From Actinomycetota bacterium (GTDB taxonomy: Bacteria; Actinomycetota; Acidimicrobiia; Acidimicrobiales; Ilumatobacteraceae): a stretch of DNA of 64,000 nucleotides. This document shows, piece by piece, positions 1 through 8,993 of this stretch; the first letter of the stretch is position 1, and each line of letters starts with the position of its first letter. The DNA is taken from positions 5,617-69,616 of the forward strand of contig JAQCJO010000002.1 in NCBI GenBank assembly GCA_027592925.1, written 5' to 3'. The notes under the pieces are model-generated. The model was not told the DNA's origin and did not search any database. It worked only from the letters and a program-made list of their open reading frames with translations. Made by a program: the position numbers and the translations under genes.

Positions 1-363
1 CACAAGCTTTGGGTTGCGCGCAACACAAACATCTGGCCCAATTCCAAGTCGCTCCATTACTCCCGGGCGAAATCCTTCGATCAATGCATCGGCGTGCTCC
101 ACTAATGACAACAACGTTTCAACACCATCTGGGTTCTTGAGATCAATGGCAATATTGCGTCGACCACGCAACAACACATCCCAGTGCGCGCCGTCTGGCG
201 CCTGACCACGCACCGATTGAGCGCGCTCAACACGAATAACTTCAGCGCCCATGTCGGCCAGCATCATTGCTGCAAAAGGCCCTGGCCCAATCCCTGCAAT
301 CTCAATAATCCGGTAGCCCGACAATGGGCCACTCGATTTTGTCGACTGGGATTGATTCGCCAT
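1..363 (-). CDS. CoA-transferase family III / alpha-methylacyl-CoA racemase-like protein (partial, C-terminus outside window)
   Basis: Manual reverse-strand translation from the ATG at complement 361-363 gives [47 protein letters not shown]...[18 protein letters not shown]. This is a typical CaiB/BaiF/MCR N-terminus. It is absent from the ORF track because it runs off the window edge. Confidence 0.85.
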   Translation of the reverse strand, partial: MANQSQSTKSSGPLSGYRIIEIAGIGPGPFAAMMLADMGAEVIRVERAQSVRGQAPDGAHWDVLLRGRRNIAIDLKNPDGVETLLSLVEHADALIEGFRPGVMERLGIGPDVCVARNPKLV

Positions 364-378
364 ATGGTCAAAGACTAC

Positions 379-1314
379 TTAGGCAACGACTTGAGCAACG
401 TGCTCCAAGATTGCACCTGTCAATATTGGCCACAATGGTTGCGGCAGATCATGTCCCATGTCGTCGATGAGTAGGAGTTTTGATCCTGGGATCAACTCCG
501 CAGTGCGCTCGCTGCCACTTTGCACTATCAATTGATCGTCAGTGCCGTGAATGACCAGCGTTGGACATGAAATTGTTGCTACCTGCTCATGGCGTCTACC
601 CGATCCGTACACGGCTGCGAGTTGACGTGGTGCACCTTCTGGATAAAAAGCACGGTCATAACTTGCTGCTGCCGCAGCATACGAAAGTTCGTCGCTGCGA
701 TATTTCTTTGACTGCCATACTTGCCACTGAATAGATGACGCAATGTAATCTTCGCGACTTGTTGTTGGCAGTGGGTCAGCAAAAATAACCATTGCGGCAT
801 CCATTGATGGTTGACCAACATCGGGGTCACCTGGCTGAGACGAAATTGAAGTGAGCGTCATTGTTCGTTGCCGATGCTCATATGCCACAACCTGGGCGAT
901 CATTCCGCCAAGCGACATTCCGATCACATGTGCACGCTCAATGTTTAAGTGGTCGAGCACGCCAACTGCATCGGTGGCCATGTCAGACAGCGAATACGGA
1001 ATTGGTGGAATCGGCTGATCAGTCATTGCAGCCATAATGATCGGACCCGTATCGACAACGACACCATCTAAATGCGTCGATAATCCACAATCGCGATTGT
1101 CAAAAATGATTACAAAATAGCCAGCATCGGCAAGTTCCTGACAAAAAGCTTGGGGCCACACAATCATTTGTGCCGTGTAGCCCATGATCATCAAAATGGC
1201 CGGATTGCTGGGTGAACCAAATGTGGCGTACTCGATTTCGATTAAGCGGTCATCAGATGAGCGAACGGTTGTATTTGGCACTCTGCCATTCTCGCCCAAA
1301 CCCGTAGTTCTCAC
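379..1314 (-). CDS. alpha/beta-fold hydrolase
   Basis: Based on ORF 379..1509. It has the nucleophile elbow GMSLGG and a C-terminal DDMGH His region. The first ~195 nt of the long ORF overlap galK and look non-coding, so I moved the start to the in-frame GTG at 1314; GTG at 1281 is also possible. Confidence 0.8.
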   Translation of the reverse strand: MRTTGLGENGRVPNTTVRSSDDRLIEIEYATFGSPSNPAILMIMGYTAQMIVWPQAFCQELADAGYFVIIFDNRDCGLSTHLDGVVVDTGPIIMAAMTDQPIPPIPYSLSDMATDAVGVLDHLNIERAHVIGMSLGGMIAQVVAYEHRQRTMTLTSISSQPGDPDVGQPSMDAAMVIFADPLPTTSREDYIASSIQWQVWQSKKYRSDELSYAAAAASYDRAFYPEGAPRQLAAVYGSGRRHEQVATISCPTLVIHGTDDQLIVQSGSERTAELIPGSKLLLIDDMGHDLPQPLWPILTGAILEHVAQVVA

Positions 1315-1341
1315 AACTTCACCGAATAATGTCGGGTATGT

Positions 1342-2370
1342 ATGAATGCGTTTGCTGAGATCGTTGCTCGCTCGCCAGGTCGTGTCAACTTGATTGGAGA
1401 CCACACCGACTACACCGGTGGAATGGTCTTGCCTATGGCAATCGACAGATACACAACCATCACCGCGAAACCACTTGATGCAGCAATACTTCTCAATAGC
1501 GCAGACCAACCCGCGGAACTCAACTGCACACTTCCCATAGTTGATCCAGCATCGACCGTGCCCGCATGGGGTCGATACGTCACAGGAGTTGCTGCTCAGA
1601 TGAATGTAAAGCGCGGTTTTTCTGGGTCGGTGTCAACAACGCTCCCGCTGGGTGGCGGATTGTCGTCAAGTGCGGCGCTCGAACTCAGCACTGCACTCAT
1701 GCTGTGTCTAGTCAACGAACTTCCCACTCTCACATCGCTCGAAATGGCGCAACTCTGTCGCCGCGCAGAGCACTTGGCAACTGGTGTTCCCTGCGGAATC
1801 ATGGATCAACTTACTTGTGCCTCAGGAGTAGCCGGAAGCGCTCTCTTGATTGATTGTCATTCGTTGCAGGTCAGCCCAATCGAAATTCCGCACGATGTAA
1901 ATATATACGTGCAATTTGTTGCGCATCGGCAACTTGCATCGAGTGCGTATTCGGATCGCGTTGCACAATGTGCTCAAGCAGAGCAACACATTGGTCCGTT
2001 GCGTTTGGCCGAAGTAGGCAACGTGCGCAACATTGCTGATGATGTATTGCGACGACGCGCCCTACACGTGGTGAGCGAAAATGATCGTGTTCGCAGAGCA
2101 ACCGTGGCGCTTGCACTGCAAGATCTGACAACATTTGGTCAGTTGATGAACGAAAGTCATCAAAGCTTGCGTGACAATTTTGAGGTTTCAACACAACAAA
2201 TGGATGAGGCCGTTCGTAACGCGCAGCAAACCCCTGGCGTGTTTGGTGCACGCATGACAGGTGGCGGCTTTGGCGGTTGCATCGTGATCGCTGCCGACTC
2301 AACTACAAACATAGACAACCTTAAAGGCGCGATGCTGGTCAAACCTGTTGGTGGCGCAGAAATTATCTAA
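1342..2370 (+). CDS. galK: galactokinase
   Basis: Carries the galactokinase signature GRVNLIGDHTDYTGG, the GHMP kinase motif PLGGGLSSSAALE, and C-terminal GARMTGGGFGGC. Confidence 0.9.
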   Translation: MNAFAEIVARSPGRVNLIGDHTDYTGGMVLPMAIDRYTTITAKPLDAAILLNSADQPAELNCTLPIVDPASTVPAWGRYVTGVAAQMNVKRGFSGSVSTTLPLGGGLSSSAALELSTALMLCLVNELPTLTSLEMAQLCRRAEHLATGVPCGIMDQLTCASGVAGSALLIDCHSLQVSPIEIPHDVNIYVQFVAHRQLASSAYSDRVAQCAQAEQHIGPLRLAEVGNVRNIADDVLRRRALHVVSENDRVRRATVALALQDLTTFGQLMNESHQSLRDNFEVSTQQMDEAVRNAQQTPGVFGARMTGGGFGGCIVIAADSTTNIDNLKGAMLVKPVGGAEII

Positions 2371-2870
2371 CTAGCGTTGTGCATGGCACGCTGAATAAAA
2401 CTTTGCACCTGCTCGGGGTCACGAACATTGTCAAACACTTGCATTCCCTCTTCCCCACCCGACTCAATCATCAAGTCGCCAGCACCGATCATTCGCTCAA
2501 AAATTGACTGATAAAAATTGATGTTGTTTACTCGATACAACGGAATCTCAATGCCAGTTCGGGCAATCACTCCTGCTCGAAAAATAACACGCTGGTTGGT
2601 GAGCACGAAGTGTGTCCGACTCCATGTCAGTGCAACTTTTGCCAACCACAGAACTGTGAGTAGGAGTGTGGCCAACGTCAGCCACAGAGCGGATGTCTCG
2701 ATCAATTTTCGGGCACTACCTGCTGCTACCTCGGCGATGTCGTGACTCTTGATCCACGCAACAAAACTGACAACGATTGCAAGACTTGGCTTGACAAATG
2801 TCCACCAATGCGGATGCAAGTCCAAAATTACATGCTCGTCATCATTGAGATATTTCGTCGAAAACGCCAT
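2367..2870 (-). CDS. membrane protein with bacterial PH (YdbS/bPH_2-like) domain
   Basis: N-terminal DDEHVILDLHPHWW is followed by two hydrophobic helices and then THFVLTNQRVIFRAGV...IEIPL. The stop overlaps the galK stop (convergent). Confidence 0.7.
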   Translation of the reverse strand: MAFSTKYLNDDEHVILDLHPHWWTFVKPSLAIVVSFVAWIKSHDIAEVAAGSARKLIETSALWLTLATLLLTVLWLAKVALTWSRTHFVLTNQRVIFRAGVIARTGIEIPLYRVNNINFYQSIFERMIGAGDLMIESGGEEGMQVFDNVRDPEQVQSFIQRAMHNAS

Positions 2871-2920
2871 GAATGCATCGTAATGTGCAGCGTGTTACAC
2901 GGAACGCCTAAAGTCTCTCC

Positions 2921-4831
2921 ATGCTTACAGACGACTTACTGCGTGGGCTCGACGCCCAACAGCACGAAGCAGTGGTAACTCCACCATCGTCCATTGTTGT
3001 GCACGCTGGTGCAGGTTCAGGAAAAACACGTGTACTTACCCACCGCATTGCTTACCGAGTGGCTAGCGGTACAGCGAACCCCGAAAACATTTTGGCCATC
3101 ACATTTACTCGCGAAGCCGCAGGCGAAATGCGCAAGCGCCTCACCCATCTTGGAGTTGACCGCACTCACGGCGCAGGACCAACAGTAGGCACATTTCACG
3201 CCGTTGCACTTTCGCTCCTCCGTCAACGTCTGATTGATTTGGGTCAGCCAGTGCCAAACATTGTGCACAACCGAACCGCGCTGGCAACCGCTGCCGCCGG
3301 CACTCACCGCATGGCTAGCCGACCACGAGAGATACTTGCCGAAATTGATTGGGCCCATGCACGCATGATCGCTCCCGCCGATTACGCACAAATGGTCAAG
3401 CGTCTGCAGCGCACGCCACCTACTGCCGCACCAGAAATCGCCGAGATTTATAAACAGTACGAACAACTCAAAGTAAAACGCCAAATTGTCGACTTGGACG
3501 ATTTACTCTCACGCGTGATTGCCGACATGCGTGCAGACACTGGCTATGCAGAGGCAGTCCGTTTTCGATTCAAACACTTGTTTGTTGACGAAGCCCAAGA
3601 CATGAACCCACTGCAGTATGCGCTGTTCGAAGAAATCCGTGGCGGTCGCCCAGACGTATTTGTCGTTGGCGACCCGCTGCAGGCAATCTACGGATGGAAC
3701 GGCGCTGACCGAATGTTGTTCGACACTCTTCCCGATGCACTCGGGCACACAACGGTGCTCGGCCTTCCAAACAACTATCGCTGCTCGCCGCACATTGTGC
3801 ATGCTGCGCGCCACGTTGCGCTACAAACAGGCGAAGCATTCGAGATTGCAGCAGTGCGCGAAGACGGTCCGCACATTCGTATCGCTGGTTTTGATGACGA
3901 GCAGGAAGAAGCCGACGGCATCGCGTCGTTACTGTGGCAATATGCGCCGACAGCCGGCGCGCATCCATGGCAATCGTGTGCAGTTCTCGTGCGCACCAAC
4001 ACTCAACTCGTAGCCATTTCCAAAGCGCTCACTCGCGCTGGGATTCCTATTGGATCAACTCGCCAGCCACCCGAGATCACTGCCGCCATTGCGCTTGCAG
4101 CACAATCAACAAGCCGACATGGCCTGACCACATGGGCCGCAGACATCTTTAATGAGTCGATCGACGAAGCCGAACGCACCGTTGCTGAAATGGTGCGACA
4201 GTTTGTACAGCAAGACACAATCGGCACTGTTGATGGCCGTGCATTCAGCGCATGGGTTGCAGCAAATGCCACCGTTGCCCATCCCAACGCCGGAGTAGAC
4301 CTGCTCTCGATGCACGGCGCAAAGGGCCGCGAGTGGGATTGTGTGGTGATTGCTGGTGCCGAAGTTGGCCTCCTGCCACACGGATCCGCAACATCGACCG
4401 ATCAAAAACGTGAAGAAGTACGACTCGCCTATGTTGCAATCACACGCGCTGCCCACCAACTGTTTGTCACGTATGCACGTAAGCGAAACACCCGCAATAC
4501 CGGCATCAGTCCTCTCTTACAAAACATGCCGACATCACTTGACATGCCCGGTGCGCCAATGCCAACCTTCTCACGCGTTGCACGTCGGGCCTCTAATGAT
4601 CCAGATTTGTTAGACGACTTAACTACCTGGCGCCGACATCTCGCGCGATCCTTGTTTCAACAACCAACCGGTATCTGCAGCGACGAAGAACTGAAGAAGC
4701 TTGCAAGTGCGCAACCAGTAGACCGCGAGATGACTATTGACGACTTGGCTGCCGTGATGGGAAAAAGTATGGCACAGCGCATTGCGCCAGCAGTACTACC
4801 GCTTTTTGAGCGTCACGCGTCGCGCAACTGA
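2921..4831 (+). CDS. UvrD/PcrA-family ATP-dependent DNA helicase with C-terminal HRDC-like domain (UvrD2-like)
   Basis: Helicase motifs present: Walker A AGAGSGKT, FVDEAQD, VGDPLQAIYGWNGA, NYRC, SMHGAKGREWD, AYVAITRA. The last ~70 aa (LTTWRRHLA...ICSDEELKKLA...LAAVMG) fit the HRDC pattern. Confidence 0.9.
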   Translation: MLTDDLLRGLDAQQHEAVVTPPSSIVVHAGAGSGKTRVLTHRIAYRVASGTANPENILAITFTREAAGEMRKRLTHLGVDRTHGAGPTVGTFHAVALSLLRQRLIDLGQPVPNIVHNRTALATAAAGTHRMASRPREILAEIDWAHARMIAPADYAQMVKRLQRTPPTAAPEIAEIYKQYEQLKVKRQIVDLDDLLSRVIADMRADTGYAEAVRFRFKHLFVDEAQDMNPLQYALFEEIRGGRPDVFVVGDPLQAIYGWNGADRMLFDTLPDALGHTTVLGLPNNYRCSPHIVHAARHVALQTGEAFEIAAVREDGPHIRIAGFDDEQEEADGIASLLWQYAPTAGAHPWQSCAVLVRTNTQLVAISKALTRAGIPIGSTRQPPEITAAIALAAQSTSRHGLTTWAADIFNESIDEAERTVAEMVRQFVQQDTIGTVDGRAFSAWVAANATVAHPNAGVDLLSMHGAKGREWDCVVIAGAEVGLLPHGSATSTDQKREEVRLAYVAITRAAHQLFVTYARKRNTRNTGISPLLQNMPTSLDMPGAPMPTFSRVARRASNDPDLLDDLTTWRRHLARSLFQQPTGICSDEELKKLASAQPVDREMTIDDLAAVMGKSMAQRIAPAVLPLFERHASRN

Positions 4832-5385
4832 GTCAGACGCTCAAAAATCTCTGGTCGCATCGACACAAAAATTCCCATTGCCTCGGCACACAGCGTCTCG
4901 CCGTGAAACAACGATCCGGTGGTGATGATCTTGCGCTTTTCGGTTGACGCAACATATGCGCGAAACTCGAGTGGCTTATGTAGCGGCGTCGGTGCGCGGT
5001 AATCGATTGTCAGGTTGACTGTCATGCCCGGATTGCCCGTGGTCGACTGAGCGACACCACACACTTCGTCAAAATATGCAGCAATCACTCCACCGTGCAC
5101 ACACCCTGGTGGCCCTTCATACGCCGACCCAAATGTGACTCTGCCAACGACATTGACGCGACCATTTTTATCGGTTGACGTGGTGATCGTCATTGGCATC
5201 GCAATCGGGTTTACGGCACCAATGATTGGGCTGCGATCAAGAAAGCTCGCACCTTCCACTGAGACGATCTCTTCTATTTCATTGCGAATCACCTGTGCTC
5301 GTTCGGCACGAATCTTTTCATCAGTCGTCATTGGTGTTTGACGGACATGGAAACCTGCAAAGTTATTTGGCGTGTTATTCGACAT
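4813..5385 (-). CDS. PaaI-family hotdog-fold thioesterase
   Basis: Contains GCVHGGVIAAYFDEVCG, typical of PaaI/4HBT thioesterases. It overlaps the helicase gene convergently by 19 nt. Confidence 0.78.
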   Translation of the reverse strand: MSNNTPNNFAGFHVRQTPMTTDEKIRAERAQVIRNEIEEIVSVEGASFLDRSPIIGAVNPIAMPMTITTSTDKNGRVNVVGRVTFGSAYEGPPGCVHGGVIAAYFDEVCGVAQSTTGNPGMTVNLTIDYRAPTPLHKPLEFRAYVASTEKRKIITTGSLFHGETLCAEAMGIFVSMRPEIFERLTQLRDA

Positions 5386-5395
5386 GTCGGCTGAT

Positions 5396-6166
5396 CTACA
5401 ACTCCATCACGACAGGAGCATGATCGCTTGGCTTTTCGCCTTTGCGAGCGTTGCGGTCGACCACGGTCATTTTGGTGCGCTCGGCAACCGAATCGCTCAC
5501 TAAAAGTAAATCGATTCTCATTCCATGATTTTTATGAAACCCACCATCGCGATAATCCCACCATGAAAACAACTTTGGTTCAGGATGTTGATCGCGATAA
5601 ATATCGGTGAGCCCCCACGCACAGAGATCGCTTAAAACTTCGCGCTCTGGTGCGCTCACATGTGTCGCACCAATAAGCGCTTGCGGATCCCACACATCTA
5701 TGTCGTCGGGCGCGATGTTGAAGTCGCCTGTCACGATCACATCATCCGCCGGCTTGGCGATTTTGGCGACGTGTTGTTTCAGTTGCTTCATCCAGCGCAG
5801 TTTGTATTGATAGTGATCATGCTCGAGCTCTCGGCCGTTTGGCACATAAACACATACAACAGTGATACCTCCACACTCGGCACTAATGATCCGTGCTTCA
5901 CCATCTGGTTCGCCAACCGCAAAGTTATTGATCACATTGTCGAGGCCAACTTTTGACAAAATAGCCACACCGTTCCATTGACCTTGACCAAAATGCGCGG
6001 ACTCGTAACCCATTTCATGAAACACAAGCGATGGGAAAACCGCGTCCTTCATCTTGGTTTCTTGAATGCACAAAACATCCGGCTTGTTTTCCTCGACCCA
6101 CTGCTGCACCCGAGGCAACCTGGCTTTTAGAGAATTGACATTCCATGTAGCGATCAGCACCGCCAC
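5396..6166 (-). CDS. xthA: exodeoxyribonuclease III
   Basis: Contains ATWNVNSLKARL, DVLCIQETK, and C-terminal SDHAPVVMEL. Confidence 0.93.
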   Translation of the reverse strand: MAVLIATWNVNSLKARLPRVQQWVEENKPDVLCIQETKMKDAVFPSLVFHEMGYESAHFGQGQWNGVAILSKVGLDNVINNFAVGEPDGEARIISAECGGITVVCVYVPNGRELEHDHYQYKLRWMKQLKQHVAKIAKPADDVIVTGDFNIAPDDIDVWDPQALIGATHVSAPEREVLSDLCAWGLTDIYRDQHPEPKLFSWWDYRDGGFHKNHGMRIDLLLVSDSVAERTKMTVVDRNARKGEKPSDHAPVVMEL

Positions 6167-6183
6167 AAACTACTACGCGACAC

Positions 6184-7197
6184 TTATTTTTTCTTGGCGG
6201 GAGCCTTGCGTGTTTGCACAGGTGTGGCGCGTTTCTTTTGTTTCTTCGCCCGTTTGGTCGGCGCGGCTGGAGCCGATGCAACCGTGGCCGCAGACTTCTT
6301 GACTTCCGTCACGAGCCCAACAATGCCCACATCAATGCTGCGTCGCGAAGCAGTAAAGCTCGACACGACGAGTGAAACTTGTTGACCGATCTTGACGAAT
6401 TCGCGCGCGCTACGAGGTGGCGGGTTAGACATCAATCGAAGTGGCAGATAACCAAGCACATTGCCAATGCGCACGTACACACCGTGTGCAGAGTACGTCT
6501 CAACCGTTCCTTTAACTTTGCTTCCAATTTTATATTTTTCGACGAACTCCAAAAACGGCGTGAGCTCGTTGACCGCAGTTGTTGGCTTGGTGCGTGCACT
6601 TGCTGCAGGCGCCGCTACTGCGGATGTTGTTGCTACTTTTGTCTTGGCAGCAAGTTTGATATTTGGAGGCGGTGTGCGCGGAATCGGCATCGGTCTGTTG
6701 GCTTCACGACTTGCTTTCTTGACAGACTTTGCAGCCGACGGACGCACTGGCAAGCGATCAATAAATACCCAGCCAACAAGTGGCACCGGTTTGCCACCCA
6801 TTAATCGACCACCATCAAACAGCCAAGGGTGCCCTGAATGAAATTCTTGGTAACTGTCGTTGGAAACAACTGTTGCACCAATCTTTTTGGCAATGGTCAG
6901 CACAAACCCGTCACCACGCCCGACAGCACCTGCAGGTGGCGAAACGAGTTCGTTGTTGTCGATCGCGTCATTAAATTCGGCAACTTCGCGCTTGTCGATG
7001 CGATGGCCAAACGTGGCATCCACAACCACCGTCACTTTGGTGTCGGGGTATTCGTTCATAAACGACAGCACGGCTTCGTGTAACTGCTTGAGGCTGGGCG
7101 ATGTGCGGCCCTCGGTCGCCAAATTTGACCCGTCTACCACCACATGCTTTGGTCCGCGATTTGCCACTAGGTAAGTCAACCAGTGAGCCGAGTGCAC
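6184..7197 (-). CDS. NYN (Zc3h12a-like) ribonuclease domain - S1 RNA-binding domain protein with Lys-rich tail
   Basis: N-terminal VVVDGSNLATEGR...VVVDATFGHR...VVSNDSYQEF is NYN/PIN-like. A Pro/Ala linker follows, then an S1-like KIGSKVKGTVETYSAHGVYVRIGNVLGYLPL, then the tail KRAKKQKKRATPVQTRKAPAKKK. Confidence 0.7.
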   Translation of the reverse strand: MHSAHWLTYLVANRGPKHVVVDGSNLATEGRTSPSLKQLHEAVLSFMNEYPDTKVTVVVDATFGHRIDKREVAEFNDAIDNNELVSPPAGAVGRGDGFVLTIAKKIGATVVSNDSYQEFHSGHPWLFDGGRLMGGKPVPLVGWVFIDRLPVRPSAAKSVKKASREANRPMPIPRTPPPNIKLAAKTKVATTSAVAAPAASARTKPTTAVNELTPFLEFVEKYKIGSKVKGTVETYSAHGVYVRIGNVLGYLPLRLMSNPPPRSAREFVKIGQQVSLVVSSFTASRRSIDVGIVGLVTEVKKSAATVASAPAAPTKRAKKQKKRATPVQTRKAPAKKK

Positions 7198-7229
7198 CGC
7201 AGGGATGCCCCAGCCCTTACTATCTATGC

Positions 7230-7877
7230 GTGCTGAGAGCTGTATTTTTCGATTTTGGGGGCGTCATCCTGTCCAGCCCCTTTGACGCTTTCAATCACTA
7301 TGAACGCGAGCGCAGCCTGCCACTCAATTTCATCCGCTCGGTCAACTCGGTCAATCACCACGAAAATGCATGGGCCAGGCTCGAGCGAAGTGATATCTCT
7401 CCTGCCCAATTTGACGACATTTTTGCTCTCGAAAGCGAGGCGCTCGGTCACCGTATATCTGGAGCCGAAATTCTTGCGCTGTTACACGGCGAGTTGCGAC
7501 CAGACATGGTGCACGCTCTCGATGTCATCAAAGCATCCGGACTCATTCTCGCCTGCCTTACCAACAATGTGCTGACGCAACAGGTTGTGGCAACCGACCC
7601 TATTGAGCGCGCACGCCAACAAGAATTGCAGACAGTGCTTGCACGGTTTGATGCCGTCATCGAGTCGAGCAAAGTTGGGGTGCGAAAACCAGAACCACGC
7701 TTTTATGAGATCGCATGCGAAACAGTTGGTGTGCAACCCAGCGAATGTGTTTTTCTCGACGACTTGGGTATCAACCTCAAGCCTGCTGCACAAATGGGCA
7801 TGATCACGATCAAGGTTGCAACAAGTGAGCAAGCCCTCACTGAGCTGTCACAGATTTTGGGCCTATCGCTTCAGTAA
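7230..7877 (+). CDS. HAD-superfamily hydrolase (subfamily IA, epoxide-hydrolase N-terminal-like phosphatase)
   Basis: HAD motifs present: AVFFDFGGV, LTNN, GVRKPEPRFY, FLDDLGINL. I moved the start to the in-frame GTG at 7230 so it does not overlap the divergent gene ending at 7197. Confidence 0.8.
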   Translation: MLRAVFFDFGGVILSSPFDAFNHYERERSLPLNFIRSVNSVNHHENAWARLERSDISPAQFDDIFALESEALGHRISGAEILALLHGELRPDMVHALDVIKASGLILACLTNNVLTQQVVATDPIERARQQELQTVLARFDAVIESSKVGVRKPEPRFYEIACETVGVQPSECVFLDDLGINLKPAAQMGMITIKVATSEQALTELSQILGLSLQ

Positions 7878-7878
7878 A

Positions 7879-8985
7879 TCACTCGTGCTCATGGGCGTAG
7901 TGCTCTGCCAGCATGTCGCCACCAAAGTCATTGGCAAGGTCGCGCCACACGGTATGAATATGGTTTGTGCCACGTTGGGTGTTGTCGTATTCAACAAAAA
8001 GGCGGGTTCCCTGCACCCGATAATAATGTGGCTCGCCCTGTTCGGTACCACCTGCCCACAAAAACGACAAGTCATTAATATTGTCACCTGCCAATTTGTG
8101 CCATTCCCTATCGGCAACATCGTCACTCACCCGATTGATGTACACCTTGAGCAATTGTCGCAAGTCGTTGCGCTGTGACTCTGACATATTGAGGGCAGAT
8201 AAACCTTTGGGCTTAAGTGAAAACGAGAGCGACCGCAAATGTTGTTCGGTGATGGACAACTCAATATCGGCCGTTTTTTGCATCGCCACAATTGATTTTC
8301 CCAGTGCGCCATCAAACTCTTTTCGCCACACCTGTGGCAGCGGTAATGCAGTGTCGCCCTCCACCAGCCTGCTGCGGTTGGCTCCCACCAAATCGGTGGG
8401 CGGCACAGCACTCACCGTTGCAATTGTGCGTTGATCAATGGTGAGGGTGCGAATAAATTCACGCGCTAAGTCTTCCGCTGCACCGAGTGGTCGTAATAAA
8501 TGTGGACCCAGCAACCTTGAGTTTGCAGGATCAGCACCAAAAAAACAGGGAGTCGTTGAAACAACCACGCCGTCAACAAGTGCAAAGTGCAGCGAAATAT
8601 GATGACCACCAAATCGCCACGACCATCTACCTTCACGAGAGGGTGTGCCAAAAATGGAAATCCAATACAACAGTGGGTCACGGCCACGCTCCCGTTCAAA
8701 GCCAGAGACAAAACCCTCAAGTCGGTCAAGCACATTTTCAATACTCATGATTGTTGTAGCTGTGACATACCCTCCCTCTGACAGCGCAGATGCAAGTAAT
8801 TTGTGCACGAGTCGGTGCTGACTCGAGGTCATGTCGGCGAGTGCAAGTCCACCGTGATCAGTGGGAGTGTAAAACCACTTTGTTCGCTCTTGGGTATTGG
8901 CTATTTGGAAGAGACAACTGTTTTGTTGGTGCGCATCTAAACACGAGACCAGCGACTGCGCAGCCTCAACCATTTGCAGTGTCAT
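7879..8985 (-). CDS. DUF3500 domain-containing protein
   Basis: C-terminal HYYRVQGTRLFVEYDNTQRGTNHIHTVWRD is characteristic of DUF3500. I chose the start at the internal ATG (MTLQMVEAAQ) to avoid a 55-nt overlap with the upstream gene. Confidence 0.72.
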   Translation of the reverse strand: MTLQMVEAAQSLVSCLDAHQQNSCLFQIANTQERTKWFYTPTDHGGLALADMTSSQHRLVHKLLASALSEGGYVTATTIMSIENVLDRLEGFVSGFERERGRDPLLYWISIFGTPSREGRWSWRFGGHHISLHFALVDGVVVSTTPCFFGADPANSRLLGPHLLRPLGAAEDLAREFIRTLTIDQRTIATVSAVPPTDLVGANRSRLVEGDTALPLPQVWRKEFDGALGKSIVAMQKTADIELSITEQHLRSLSFSLKPKGLSALNMSESQRNDLRQLLKVYINRVSDDVADREWHKLAGDNINDLSFLWAGGTEQGEPHYYRVQGTRLFVEYDNTQRGTNHIHTVWRDLANDFGGDMLAEHYAHEHE

Positions 8986-8993
8986 CGTTGCCC

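Noticed and set aside
379-1509. N-terminal extensions of track ORFs that overlap neighbouring genes (379..1509, 7101..7877, 7879..9048, 18586..20259, 20956..22254, 21614..23185, 24010..25386, 30057..30968, 30890..31522, 33982..34932, 39631..40512, 48896..49981, 61286..62083).
   Set aside because: The homologous part of each protein begins at an internal ATG, GTG or TTG that abuts or minimally overlaps (ATGA/GTGA) the neighbour. The extra residues look non-protein-like.
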